Origin: a virus
Strand: one strand, 5' to 3'
Length of the DNA: 64,000 bases
IMG/VR virus record: IMGVR_UViG_3300025141_013863
Location: 1-64,000 of that record
The stretch's first letter is position 1; the number at the start of each line of letters is the position of its first letter. Shown in pieces: positions 37,501-48,000 of this stretch. The translations under genes were made by a program, and so were the position numbers. Below the pieces are notes generated by a model. That model was not told the origin of the DNA and ran no database searches. It saw only the letters and a list, made by a program, of their open reading frames with translations.

Positions 37501-40500
37501 CCTATGAATCAGAAGAAGCTGTTGCGGCTGCATCTATGGCAGCAAAAAACGAATTAAAGAGATTGGAAATAGCATTTACTGTAGACATGCTTGGGAATGG
37601 CCCCGGTGAAAGTAGGTGGGGACTAATCAATATGATTATGTCTGATACAATGGGAAATCCACTAACTGCGCATCATAGAAAGGCCTACTTTAACCCATTC
37701 TACGTTGACTATTTTACCGAAGAGGACGAGGACGATACCGATTGGAAAGATTTACTCGCAGGAAGATTTATACCTGTATCTGTTCAAAGAGGCGCCTTTC
37801 CCGCTAAAGTTGCCGAATGGCTAGAATATCAGCTGCTTGGTGATGAGTCCGTCGTAGCAGCCACAGATTTTCGAGATTCTTTGTCTTTTAGTTCTAACAA
37901 TAATTATATAGGACCGCAAGTAACTACGGCTTCCTTTGAAGATTTGGGCCTGACACACAAGCCCCTCGCTGTTCAAGTTGCAGCGGGCGCTCTGACTGTT
38001 GCTGGTGCTGGCATAGCCGGCGCCATGGCCGCCGCAGCTGGTGCAGGGGAGTTATATGAAAAACCAGAAATCAAATTATATGAATTACCTGATTTGGGAT
38101 ATAATGTTGGGATTAAAGTTGATTTAGAAAATGAGGGCATGAGGTTTATACGAAAAGGGAGGAAAGCCGATCCAGATACTACGCTCGTATTCAAAGACAA
38201 TGCTAAAGGGTTGAGACTGGGAGACAATTCAAAAGACTCAGCATATTCATATGGATTTGATCTTGAAATGTATTTGTCGGATTTAGAGAACACAGCGCCA
38301 ACGATGTATGCCAGCAACCTCGCCAGCAAGACCCAGCCCGTGCCGGAAAAAACTATTCACAATATTTATAGTGATAATGTTAGGATATCAATTGTTGAGA
38401 AATATAATCCTGGTGCAAAATTTGAATCTCCGCTCAATAAAATTTCGTTTTTCCCAATCCCAGCTGTTGGTGACGATAACAACGAAGAGACAGTAATATC
38501 TGAGGTAAAGTATGAATTTAGTGCTTCAGATAATGCTCTTGATGAACTAGATCTGTCAAATTATCCTAGCTTTGCTAAGAGCTTTTCGGGCGAAAAAGAA
38601 TATTTGCCGCAAGTTGTGCTCTTGAAAGAGATACTCAATAATAGAGGAGCGAATTTTAGCAGCGCTGATATTAAAAATGCACATGATGAAATAATGACAA
38701 CTTTCTTAGATAATTTTGCAACAATAATTGGAACAGACAATCCTGCCTTTAATTATGGCGCCGAATTCGATCAGCTATCCGAAACTGACGTGGAATATGT
38801 TTTAGGCCCAGGCTATAGAGATTCTGGTATATCATATGGCGAGGCAGAAATTGAAGGAGAGGACGAAGACGGCAATAAAGAATATCGTAAAATTTTGAAT
38901 AATGATATGATTTTAGGCATGAGTCGCATGCAATATCAGCTTGAGGAAGGAACATATGAGGGCTCTGCTACGATAAACAGAGTGCATTATTTAAACCCTA
39001 ACCAGTTTGGAGGAACTTATATGAACCCTCCTGTATATATTGAGCCTATTAAAAATGAAGGTTGGATGGGCGTGTTAGATGCATTATTTCCTGAGTTAAC
39101 ACACTGTAAAAATGGTAAAAAAGATTTAGTTAACTTTGGAGAACTTGAAGACTTAATTACAGATCGTAGACCAAACATACCTCACGATGAAAGACTTAAG
39201 AGTAGCGATCCTGAGTGCATTGAACAGCTTCCATATAACAGAATTTTAGAAAGGGATTCGGCCGCATCCTTAGAGGGAATTATTACTGCAGCCATCAGAA
39301 TTTTTATTGCCACACACGTTGTAAGATCCCTAGCAACATTTTCTAAATTTAAGATGGACTTTCCTGACATATTTAGTGATATATATGCTGCATATATTGT
39401 TGAGAGTATGGAGGAGGCGTTATCTGGCGCCGACGATGATAAGGTGGAAAGGTTTAGCCTCTTTAAAGATTCTGAGTTTTGGATTGCGTTTTTAGAACAG
39501 TCTGTCCAAATGTATGCGCGGAGAATAGACGACGGCTATGTAAGCGATCCGCCCCGACAAGCTCTCGATGCGTTGGCCAATTTAAACGACATGCAAGGAA
39601 GGCACCTGATCGCAAGCAAAGAATCCCTAAAGCGAGCCAAAGAGGCCAATACCGTTAAAAGAACAAAAACACTAAGAAATTATCGTGAAGAGAAAAATTT
39701 CAATGCTGTTTACCGCACGAGAGATGATGCAAAGAAAGTTCTCAAAGAATTGGTCTCAGAACAATTAAATATAATGGGCCCCCGACTTGTTGACGCTCTT
39801 AAATCTATTGGTGTAACCCCAGAAGTTAGAGATATGTCTCACTATGTATTTGAAAATTTAGTACAGGGCGCCGAATTAGATTTGTCAGATGAAGCTATGG
39901 TAATGACAAGTACCGAGCTGCCTACAGAGGGAGGCCTTGAAGATCAATATACTTCTGGTGGTGAGTTTAGTGTTTATAAGGTAAATGATCCTGATGCTGG
40001 ATATTCCCAAGGCGATGAATATGTTGGATATTATCATACACATTTAGACGAAGAAGATAACTTAAACTATATGGCAGGAGAAGTTCATGTTGACGGTCCT
40101 CATAATTTATTAATGCCTTTCTCAACTAAAGTTAGTTTACCAATTGGCGATGTTGCCAATTATGGAGCTTCGGCATCGTCGGACAATAGTCAGCCTTTCT
40201 TGATTGAGAAATATATTAGTATTGATAATGTAAAATATTCATCATCTGATGCGGTAGATAAGATTCTAGCAAATGATGGAAATCTAAATATTTCAGATGT
40301 ATATCCAGGCACTTTAGAGCTTATTTATGCTCCCGGCAATATTGAATTAGACTTTCACGGCACTGAGGATGAAGAAGCTGCCACGACCCGCGCAGCGCCA
40401 ACTGATGTGGTAATAGGAATTAAGGGAAACATTGGAGTAAGATATGGCTTGCGTCTTTCCGTTGTTATTGATGGACAAAGAGCCACTGTGACTACTGTAG

Positions 40501-41159
40501 AAATAGACGCATTAGATACCCCAATATCAGAATTTCCTCCCTTTGAAGGAGACAGTAAAACGCTATTGTGTTTGTTAAATTTTCTCAGAGAAGATGTTGA
40601 TTTTAGACTTTTAACTCGTTATATTTTTCCATTAAATAAATTAACTTCTACTCTTGCAATTTATAACGACATGGCGTTTTTGGCCTCTATTGGAGAAGTG
40701 ACTGTTGAAGATGATTCAACTCACGGTGTCGGTGTTGAATATGATCAGAAGCCCGGCATGAAGGCAACCATATCTACGGTGGAAGACGATGATGGGAATG
40801 AGATTGTAGACTCGATTACTGAAGATCCGTCTGCTGGCTGGGCTAGCGTGCTAGATAGAAGCCCTGGCTTGTTTGGTGGTCGAATTGTTAATGAGTGGGA
40901 TAATTGGAACAGAACGCTTCTAACAAGATCAAAGGTAAAACTAAAAAGGATGTTCAGAAGACACTATCGTAATAGATGGCGCCGACCCGGAGATTTTGGG
41001 CTTGATCTCCCCAGCCCAGGCCGAATATTAATGAACAATCTAAGAGAAAATTTAAGACCACCAGCCGGTCGAACCCTCTTGCCATGGTGGAAAAGAAGAA
41101 GAATACGCAGAAATCCGTATGACAAGAATGGAAATATTTGTGAAAAAGATGAGGGCTGA
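34530..41159 (+). CDS. giant (2209 aa) putative virion protein
   Basis: Uninterrupted ORF in baseplate module; EF-hand-like DKNGDGLID, acidic tracts, Arg-rich C-terminus. Confidence 0.7.
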   Translation: MAESKFLKYQDKNGDGLIDVCEDKVDVKEPFYCPPCIPNPYAAIPNWKELDIDEPFFNERVCKYQVAVVTKYTTTMSDESLENSDMTGEEAIEATNERFDEYLEEAVESLLVNNSKDDSDPSKSVIRQTIEYTDFDLDVRPNSRLTLLYSVEQEVLSAIADADDEEDDEEDDEEEGTATTVEFLADEIRPKITKIRKALRLYSKYLKVFRAVEGGNILRVKDNSVFNLENYGDSGRLKKSTLGSILIDLDAFLNSKGYNLAGVGGGFLQEKVTKISFRFTSKYKLKKMKVYTAGCGDIPKIYGKKKLKALNAKSSFKDPTALAYFAQLNEMDSVLQGRESPEWIDVIKEYTYPEVYDTFPSVEQDLRTGSCIAERLKEEGKQIGQDLLDEAFSIGDAILYSFRKNTCIDSIEDLEEEDRQLGLTYNPKATSTPTTIKGMAAEQALKSIEEDDISFNSLCIQFLASYGDSKPGGMSLEDLYKGSLDKIKVCGLFELSLEAIGCLLKGLTLEEAAGRMIKSAIKGMSLENLGDFFLVALPPQKAKEIQDLVQTKIDGGNVFPDKSRSQEISNAIATGATVGEPWTDSGKVQEEKESMVEGNQESMVPSRSSEGVTQSNAGSAPGTLATASAFKALSDSVIIEAYADALIEVYAGDILSPIELLNKYPGAQIIATALAMFDCPEAPEDPPVPSFMKTGEFPFCNTPWAISIPKFENPFQWIPEIKDFTAVIFKILKLQIKQMIVRLIVQMMQKICALISSAACKGLGAIGGAITGEGETNGPGAFRDAIKGAICGDDADDEQVDNTIADLFKSLGLGAAALANQERVDSFMSDLSSSVTNKELMSAFVGDPSSELLQIVDRLIEYEYTEFREGLPNQNSAADFFANVGNLFPADLKDAIRDQLDAPGDEDVLPANPSLCATPEQIEDFCERRQALLAGRATPSQIAQMCENTRDQAKNDLEDLGDLLQGGLPQYLANNMPPLVSDPGCDNGLIPYESEEAVAAASMAAKNELKRLEIAFTVDMLGNGPGESRWGLINMIMSDTMGNPLTAHHRKAYFNPFYVDYFTEEDEDDTDWKDLLAGRFIPVSVQRGAFPAKVAEWLEYQLLGDESVVAATDFRDSLSFSSNNNYIGPQVTTASFEDLGLTHKPLAVQVAAGALTVAGAGIAGAMAAAAGAGELYEKPEIKLYELPDLGYNVGIKVDLENEGMRFIRKGRKADPDTTLVFKDNAKGLRLGDNSKDSAYSYGFDLEMYLSDLENTAPTMYASNLASKTQPVPEKTIHNIYSDNVRISIVEKYNPGAKFESPLNKISFFPIPAVGDDNNEETVISEVKYEFSASDNALDELDLSNYPSFAKSFSGEKEYLPQVVLLKEILNNRGANFSSADIKNAHDEIMTTFLDNFATIIGTDNPAFNYGAEFDQLSETDVEYVLGPGYRDSGISYGEAEIEGEDEDGNKEYRKILNNDMILGMSRMQYQLEEGTYEGSATINRVHYLNPNQFGGTYMNPPVYIEPIKNEGWMGVLDALFPELTHCKNGKKDLVNFGELEDLITDRRPNIPHDERLKSSDPECIEQLPYNRILERDSAASLEGIITAAIRIFIATHVVRSLATFSKFKMDFPDIFSDIYAAYIVESMEEALSGADDDKVERFSLFKDSEFWIAFLEQSVQMYARRIDDGYVSDPPRQALDALANLNDMQGRHLIASKESLKRAKEANTVKRTKTLRNYREEKNFNAVYRTRDDAKKVLKELVSEQLNIMGPRLVDALKSIGVTPEVRDMSHYVFENLVQGAELDLSDEAMVMTSTELPTEGGLEDQYTSGGEFSVYKVNDPDAGYSQGDEYVGYYHTHLDEEDNLNYMAGEVHVDGPHNLLMPFSTKVSLPIGDVANYGASASSDNSQPFLIEKYISIDNVKYSSSDAVDKILANDGNLNISDVYPGTLELIYAPGNIELDFHGTEDEEAATTRAAPTDVVIGIKGNIGVRYGLRLSVVIDGQRATVTTVEIDALDTPISEFPPFEGDSKTLLCLLNFLREDVDFRLLTRYIFPLNKLTSTLAIYNDMAFLASIGEVTVEDDSTHGVGVEYDQKPGMKATISTVEDDDGNEIVDSITEDPSAGWASVLDRSPGLFGGRIVNEWDNWNRTLLTRSKVKLKRMFRRHYRNRWRRPGDFGLDLPSPGRILMNNLRENLRPPAGRTLLPWWKRRRIRRNPYDKNGNICEKDEG

Positions 41160-41181
41160 ATAATTATATTGAGGTAAAAAT

Positions 41182-41550
41182 ATGTCTTCTTTAGGTGTGG
41201 CCTTGCCACTGCGATTATCCGATGCTGATGGTTTTGTTATGATAAAGGGCTTTCGGCGCCTTGTCAGACAAAATTTAAAAATGTTAATTTTGACAATTCC
41301 TGGCGAAAGAGTTATGGAACCAGAGTATGGTGTTGGTATGAAAAAGTATCTATTTTCAAGCTTTCATCAAAATCTATATGGCGATCTAGAGAATAACATT
41401 AGGCGCCAAGTTAAGATATATATGCCGGCAGTCAAGATAGAAAATATAATTTTTAACTCGTCAGACCCGGATAATCAAACTTTGGGGATAACTATACGAT
41501 ATTCAATTCCACAAATATCGATAGATGATGCGCTGCAATTTACTATTTAA
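41182..41550 (+). CDS. baseplate wedge protein gp25/GPW-like
   Basis: QNLKMLILTIPGERVMEPEYGVG motif. Confidence 0.88.
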   Translation: MSSLGVALPLRLSDADGFVMIKGFRRLVRQNLKMLILTIPGERVMEPEYGVGMKKYLFSSFHQNLYGDLENNIRRQVKIYMPAVKIENIIFNSSDPDNQTLGITIRYSIPQISIDDALQFTI

Positions 41551-41565
41551 AATGAGGATTCTTTA

Positions 41566-43362
41566 ATGGCCGACAATAGAAAAAAAATGGTACCCATAGA
41601 TTATACTAATAGGGAATTTAATGGGATTAGAGACGATTTAATGGAAATCGTAGAAAGGTTTTATCCCGATAAGTTTCGGGATTGGAGCGAGGGCTCTTTT
41701 GGTTCTTTGATGTTAGATGCGGTTGCATATGTCGGAGATCAGCTTTCGTTTTACTTGGATTACAACGTAAACGAGACCTTTTTAGATACAGCATATCAAT
41801 ATGGCAATATATTAAGACAAGGAAGAGTCCTTGGCTATAAAAGCACAGGAAGGCCCTCTACATATGGAATAGTTGCTATGTTTGTTTTGGTGCCCGCCTC
41901 CCCGACCGCTATAGGTCCAGATACAAGATATATACCGATACTTAAAAGAGGTACTTCTTTTCTATCTCGCGCCGGCCTATCGTATATATTAACGCAAAAT
42001 ATTGATTTTTCTAACGTTACTTATCCTAGAGTGGTAGCAAGAGTAAACGATGATACAGGATCTCCAACACATTATGCCATTAAAGCATATGGGAACGTGG
42101 TCTCGGGCCAATTACAACAAGAAGAAATAGATGTTGGACCTTATGAGAGATTTAAGAGGGTTGCGATTGCTGATCCAAATGTTTCCGAAGTTATTAAAGT
42201 GGTAGATACAGAGGGTAATGAATATTTTGAAGTAGATTATCTATCTCAAGATATGATATATAAGGAAATATCAAATAAAAACTTTTTAAATGATAATGTG
42301 CCCTCTATATTAAAGCCCACTTTGGTATCTAGAAAATTTGTTGTTGAGAGAGGCAGAGAATCTACCATTATACAATTTGGTAGCGGCAAAGAGGGCGAAT
42401 CAAGCGTTGTTGCTTCACCGCAAGAAGTTGCGATAGATTTATTTGGAAAAAATTATACCACTGATGTTACATTTGACCCTACTAGATTGTCTAAAAATGA
42501 GAATTTTGGAATTGTTCCCTCTAATACGACGTTAACGGTGGTGTATAGAAGCACGAATCCTGTAAACTCTAATGCTGGCGCCGGATCTATCAATAAAGTT
42601 ACAAACGCTATAATGTCGTTTTCGGATAGACAAATATTATCAAATGATGAGGTAGTAGCGGTGAGAAACTCAATAGAGGTGTTTAATGAATCTCCAATAA
42701 CTGGTGATGTCACGGCTATAAGTCCCTATGAATTAAAGCAAAGAATTTACGATACATTTCCTACGCAGAATCGAGCAGTAACTCAATCAGACTATGAAAA
42801 CATTGCCTTAAGAATGCCAGCAAAATTTGGCTCGGTATCGCGGGTTAGCGTCCAGAAGGATCCTAGCGCCAAGAAAAGAAATCTAAATATGTACATCGTA
42901 TCGGAAGATTTAGCTGGCAAACTAACACTTACGAACCAGACTATAAAAAATAATTTAAAAGTTTGGTTAAACAATTATAGAATGATAAATGATACTATAG
43001 ATATTTTAGATCCTTATATTATTAATATTGGAATATTCTTTGATATTAAAGCTTCAGCCGGTGCAGAAAAGTTTGACACACTCCAAGAGTGTATAGATGC
43101 TATAACAAAACAATATAGTTCAAAGTTTTTTATTGGAGAATCTTTGTATGTAAGCGATATTTATAAAGCATTGAATGAAGTTCCGGGAGTCCTGGACGTA
43201 ATCAGTGTTAAACTATTAAATAAAATAGGCTCTAATTATTCTGGGAATGTTCTTGATATTAAAAGAAACATGTCGCCAGATGGGGGTCATTTAGTGGCGC
43301 CAAAAAACGCTATATTAGAAATTAAGTTTCCTGAAGTTGACATAAAAGGAAAGGTTAGATAA
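41566..43362 (+). CDS. baseplate wedge protein gp6 / baseplate J-like
   Basis: IDYTNREF, LDAVAYVGDQLSFYLD, ETFLDTA, IQFGSG, QNRAVTQSDY, VPGV. Confidence 0.88.
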   Translation: MADNRKKMVPIDYTNREFNGIRDDLMEIVERFYPDKFRDWSEGSFGSLMLDAVAYVGDQLSFYLDYNVNETFLDTAYQYGNILRQGRVLGYKSTGRPSTYGIVAMFVLVPASPTAIGPDTRYIPILKRGTSFLSRAGLSYILTQNIDFSNVTYPRVVARVNDDTGSPTHYAIKAYGNVVSGQLQQEEIDVGPYERFKRVAIADPNVSEVIKVVDTEGNEYFEVDYLSQDMIYKEISNKNFLNDNVPSILKPTLVSRKFVVERGRESTIIQFGSGKEGESSVVASPQEVAIDLFGKNYTTDVTFDPTRLSKNENFGIVPSNTTLTVVYRSTNPVNSNAGAGSINKVTNAIMSFSDRQILSNDEVVAVRNSIEVFNESPITGDVTAISPYELKQRIYDTFPTQNRAVTQSDYENIALRMPAKFGSVSRVSVQKDPSAKKRNLNMYIVSEDLAGKLTLTNQTIKNNLKVWLNNYRMINDTIDILDPYIINIGIFFDIKASAGAEKFDTLQECIDAITKQYSSKFFIGESLYVSDIYKALNEVPGVLDVISVKLLNKIGSNYSGNVLDIKRNMSPDGGHLVAPKNAILEIKFPEVDIKGKVR

Positions 43363-45035
43363 TGGCCCTAAAGAGATACACAGCGAGCGCTGACACTACG
43401 ATTGCGAACGCATACGAGCCTGGACTTATTACTAGAGCCACCGGCGCAAATATGGGAGCATCTGATGTGTTAGATGTTTTTTCTGTCTATGCAAGACAAT
43501 CAACTAGTTCCGCTGAGCTGTCTCGCGTGTTGGTTAAATTTCCCATAACTGATATATCAACAGACCGAACAAATTCTATAATACCAGCAAGTGGTAGTGT
43601 TAGCTTTTACTTGCACCTTTATAATGCTTCTCATTCGCGAACAGTTCCGAAAGAGGCCAAATATACTTTTATGATGGTTTCTCAATCATGGCAGGAGGGC
43701 GCCGGCTTAGATATGGAAGGCTATACCGACTTGACACTTGGCAATGAGGGGGCCGATTGGATGTCTGCATCTAATAGTGCCTATTGGACAGATGCCTGCA
43801 GTACGTTGTTGGCCGGCGGTTCTTATCATACACAATCTGGCGCGCCAAACGATCAGGTAGATACTGAAATTCACATCTTTGACCAAACTTTGTCCGATGG
43901 AACCGAAGATATAGAAGTTGATATTACGCCATGGGTCGAGCAATGGATCGCGGGCACTTACTCAAATTATGGTGTTGGGGTAATGTTAACAGCTAGCCAG
44001 GAGGCCTCCAGTTCTGTTGATGCTCTAGCCGGCCTCCCAACAGGCAGAGCGGATGACGATGGGCTTATTCAAAACCCAAGCGGTTCTACTACATCATATT
44101 ATATTAAAAGATTTTTTGGTAGAAAAAGTCAATATTTTTTCAAGCGCCCTCACATAGAAGCTCGTTGGGATGATAGTTTAAGAGATGATCGGGGAGACTT
44201 TCATTATAGTAGCTCTTTGGCAGATGGTCCTGATAACTTAAATACCATTTATTTATATAATTATGTTCGTGGTATATTGAAAGATATTCCCGGAATTGAG
44301 AAAACGGGCTCTATCATGGTTAGTTTATTTTCTGGCAACCTTGATGACACTAGACCAACGGGATCAAGTGGACAGCTGCACATTAATAGCTCTTCAAACC
44401 CCGGCAACGAGGGTAAGGTTGGGGGCGTTAAACTTCATGTTACCGGCGGCTGGGTTTCGACTGGAATATATTCAGCCTCGTTAGCCATAACTGCTTCTAA
44501 AACAACAAGCGGATTTGATCCAATATTGACCTTATATGATGTTTGGTCCACAGGCAGTATCGTAGACGCTGATCATCTGCAAACACAATTTCATACTGGA
44601 ACAATTAAGCCGATAATATTAGAATCAGATAATAGAATGCAGAAGCATAGAAATTATTTAAGCATTACTAACCTGCGCAACAGCTATAGAGCCGACGAAA
44701 CAGCTCGGTTCAATTTATTTGTGAGAGAGAAGAATTGGAGCCCCAATATTTACACAAAAGCCAGCTCTAATATTGAGACAAAGACAGTTCACAGTGCATC
44801 CTATAGAGTTTATAGAACTTTAGATGCTAATGATTCGGTTACATATGGTACCGGAAGCGATAAACATACATATTTGTCATATGATGTATCTGGAAATTAT
44901 TTTGATTTCGATATGAGCTTGCTGGAACCTGGATACGAATATTCGTTTAAATTTTCTTTTTATGATAATTCGTTATCAACGTGGGTTGAACAAGAACAGG
45001 CTTTTAAGTTTCGAGTAGAAGATTATGAGTATTAA
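43362..45035 (+). CDS. virion protein with DNRLRE/CBM96-like beta-sandwich
   Basis: DTTI..N.G, SRVLVKF, LHLY, VSQSWQEG, DITPWVEQW..NYG pattern. Confidence 0.55.
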   Translation: MALKRYTASADTTIANAYEPGLITRATGANMGASDVLDVFSVYARQSTSSAELSRVLVKFPITDISTDRTNSIIPASGSVSFYLHLYNASHSRTVPKEAKYTFMMVSQSWQEGAGLDMEGYTDLTLGNEGADWMSASNSAYWTDACSTLLAGGSYHTQSGAPNDQVDTEIHIFDQTLSDGTEDIEVDITPWVEQWIAGTYSNYGVGVMLTASQEASSSVDALAGLPTGRADDDGLIQNPSGSTTSYYIKRFFGRKSQYFFKRPHIEARWDDSLRDDRGDFHYSSSLADGPDNLNTIYLYNYVRGILKDIPGIEKTGSIMVSLFSGNLDDTRPTGSSGQLHINSSSNPGNEGKVGGVKLHVTGGWVSTGIYSASLAITASKTTSGFDPILTLYDVWSTGSIVDADHLQTQFHTGTIKPIILESDNRMQKHRNYLSITNLRNSYRADETARFNLFVREKNWSPNIYTKASSNIETKTVHSASYRVYRTLDANDSVTYGTGSDKHTYLSYDVSGNYFDFDMSLLEPGYEYSFKFSFYDNSLSTWVEQEQAFKFRVEDYEY

Positions 45036-48000
45036 AAAGCTTTTTGATTCGCAAAGATCAAAAAATTATTTATCTGAGACCGACGAAAGAGAGGCTTTCG
45101 CCGATATAGAGTCGTCCAGAAACATGAAGGCGATCTCAAAGAGGCAGAAGACTTTTGTTCCTCAAATAGATTATACAAAGCCTGAAAGATTTGCACGCTA
45201 CGGATCGGCATATCTTTATTATAAATCTGCTATTGAATGGATTCATGATTATTATCCATATGATGGTTCCGATGCAGAAATAAATGAATATAGAAATAAA
45301 CTATTAGATATCGAAAGGTATATATTTGATAATATCTATCCTCGTACAAACGGGTTTGTTACTTTTGCTAATCCTCATGATGGCGGCTGGGGCGGCACCA
45401 CTAATGATCCAGATGATTCTGATGGTTATGGAATTCCATCCACGCTAGAGTACATTACATTTAAAGGAGGGCCCGGCACTGGTTCCGCCGAAGATGGTGC
45501 ATTGTCTTCTCTTGTGCCCAATCCTTATAATGAAAAGATAAAACACGCCAACATATATGATGAAGATATCTACACAAATGCTGGCTTACCAGCAACTTAT
45601 GGATCGGGCTCTAGAGAGTCTAATCTTAAAGCTAATTTTAATACAGGCGTCACAGTTGAGTTTTGGTTAAAAACAGGCTCCGCTATTCCTCTAAGTACAC
45701 TGAATAACGAAACAGAAAAGCAAGTTATCTTTGATATGTGGAACAACAATGCCGACACTACGCATGATTATGGACGCATAACGATTGAGTTAAATGGGAC
45801 AGCTAGCAGCGGATCTCCATTTATAGTCACAGTCCAGTCTGGTAATGCTAACCCTGGAATTTTTCAACAATCAATCGGCGCCGACATAGATGTCGACACC
45901 CTTTCAAAATGGCATCATTATGCTTTTGTAATGGAGAATACTGGCAGCGGCCATGCTATTAAATTCTATGTAGACGGCGATTATAATGATGTACTGGCCC
46001 ATACTGGTTCTTTTGGAGAGTTGCCTCAAAAAGACATGATGGGGCGCCTTGGAGCACTCTTAACGACTCCTTCTGAAACAACCGCCACTGGCTCCCTTGC
46101 CGGCGCCGGAAAACTTTCTGGCTCTATGGATGAATTTCGATATTGGAAAGTCGCTAGAACTGCCAGAGAAATTGGTTTAAACTGGCTCGATCAAATTAGA
46201 GGCGGAGTAAACACAGATATTTCTAATACGACCCTTGGTGTCTATTATAAATTTAATGAGGGTATAACAACTGTAGCGGCCACCGATAGCGTTGTTCTGG
46301 ACTATGGAGGCCGCGTTTGCAATGGTGTTTGGACAGGCTACGGAAGTAATTCCCGCGCCACTGGCTCTGCGATGGTCTTGGCCAGCGGCTCGGCAATTTC
46401 ATCAGAATACAAAGATCCAATTATGTATTCAAACCACCCAGATGTGTCTGCATTAAAAACAGCTTTATTAAATAGTGGCTCCTATCACGATAGACAAAAC
46501 AACTCTTCTATGTTGAGCATGGCGCCTTCTTGGATTATCGAAGAAGACGAAGATCATGGTAGTGAATTTACTACAAATCTTCGATACGTATCTCATATTG
46601 TAGGAACATATTTCGATAAATTATACTTACAAATTCAGTCTCTTCCAAAATTTAAGCAAGCCGGATATACAAGCGCTTCATATACGCCATTTCCCTTTGC
46701 ACAGCATATGCCACAATCAATGGGGCTCGTCTCCCCGGAGCTGTTTATTGATGCATCTGTTATGGAGAAATTTCTCAATAGAAACCAGACCGGATCCTTT
46801 GAGGGCGACTTAGCAGAAACTAAGAATCTAATTTATCTCAATCTTTATAATAATATAACAAATATTTTTAAGAGCAAAGGTACTGAAAAATCAATTAGAA
46901 ATGTATTTAGGTGCTTTAATCTTGATGAGAGCTTGATCCGATTAAACGCATATGCCGATAATACAACATATTTGTTAAGAAACAATACCCTGCAGACTCT
47001 TATAAATAAAAATAGTATTAACTTTAATCAGAAGCAAAATACAAACGCCGTTATTTATCAGAAGCAATATACTGGCTCCGCGTATGAACCGGCCCCAAAT
47101 GATGTAATTGCTGATGATACCATAGGACATATTTCTGGTTCGTGGGGTATCGGCTATAATGCCACCAATGCTCCGGATGATAGGGGTATTGAAGATCCTT
47201 ATGGATTTACAATGGAAGCTGATATTACGTTTCCAACATTCTATAGAACCCAAGATAGATTTGATAGAAATTTTTTAACAGGCTCTTTGTTTGGGCTATA
47301 TACTGTTCCGTCCGGTGCTTCTGGTTATCCTCTTACTAGGATTAAAAACGGTACCGACACTACGTGGATAACAAGCCTTGGAAACAATGCAGCAGGAGAT
47401 TCCGAAAAAGGCCCAGACGCAGCAAACTTTCAAGTTTTTGCAATTAGAGATAGCGAATATTCAAAAAATATTCGGTTTATGATTTCTTCCTCTAATGAGC
47501 CGACCCCGATTCCGCTATTAACAAGTAGCACCTTTTATGATGTCTACTCAGATAGTCGTTGGAACCTTTCCGTTAGAATTGTTCCGTCCCTAACAAGCTC
47601 TTATGGTGCTGCCGGCATTGTTAGCGGCTCCCGAGAATCAGAAAGCAATTATGATCTGATCTTTAATGGCTATCATAATGAAGTTGGTACAATTCAGAAT
47701 AGTTTTAAGTTAACTGCATCGATAGACTATGATACTGCGGTAAACTTTTTAAATGCGGCCAAAAGGGTTTATGCCGGCGCCCGCCGAACAAATATAACTG
47801 GTGCTATTTTAAATCAAACAGATGTTAATATAAACTCTATAAAATATTGGACAAAATATATTGAAGATGGAGTATTAGAACAACACGCGAATGATCTTAC
47901 TAACGCCGGCATATCTGCATCGTACCAAAACACCTCCCCAAGAGATTTAAATAGTTTTGGCCACGATATTTTAAATTTAAATACTTTGGCTCTCCATTGG

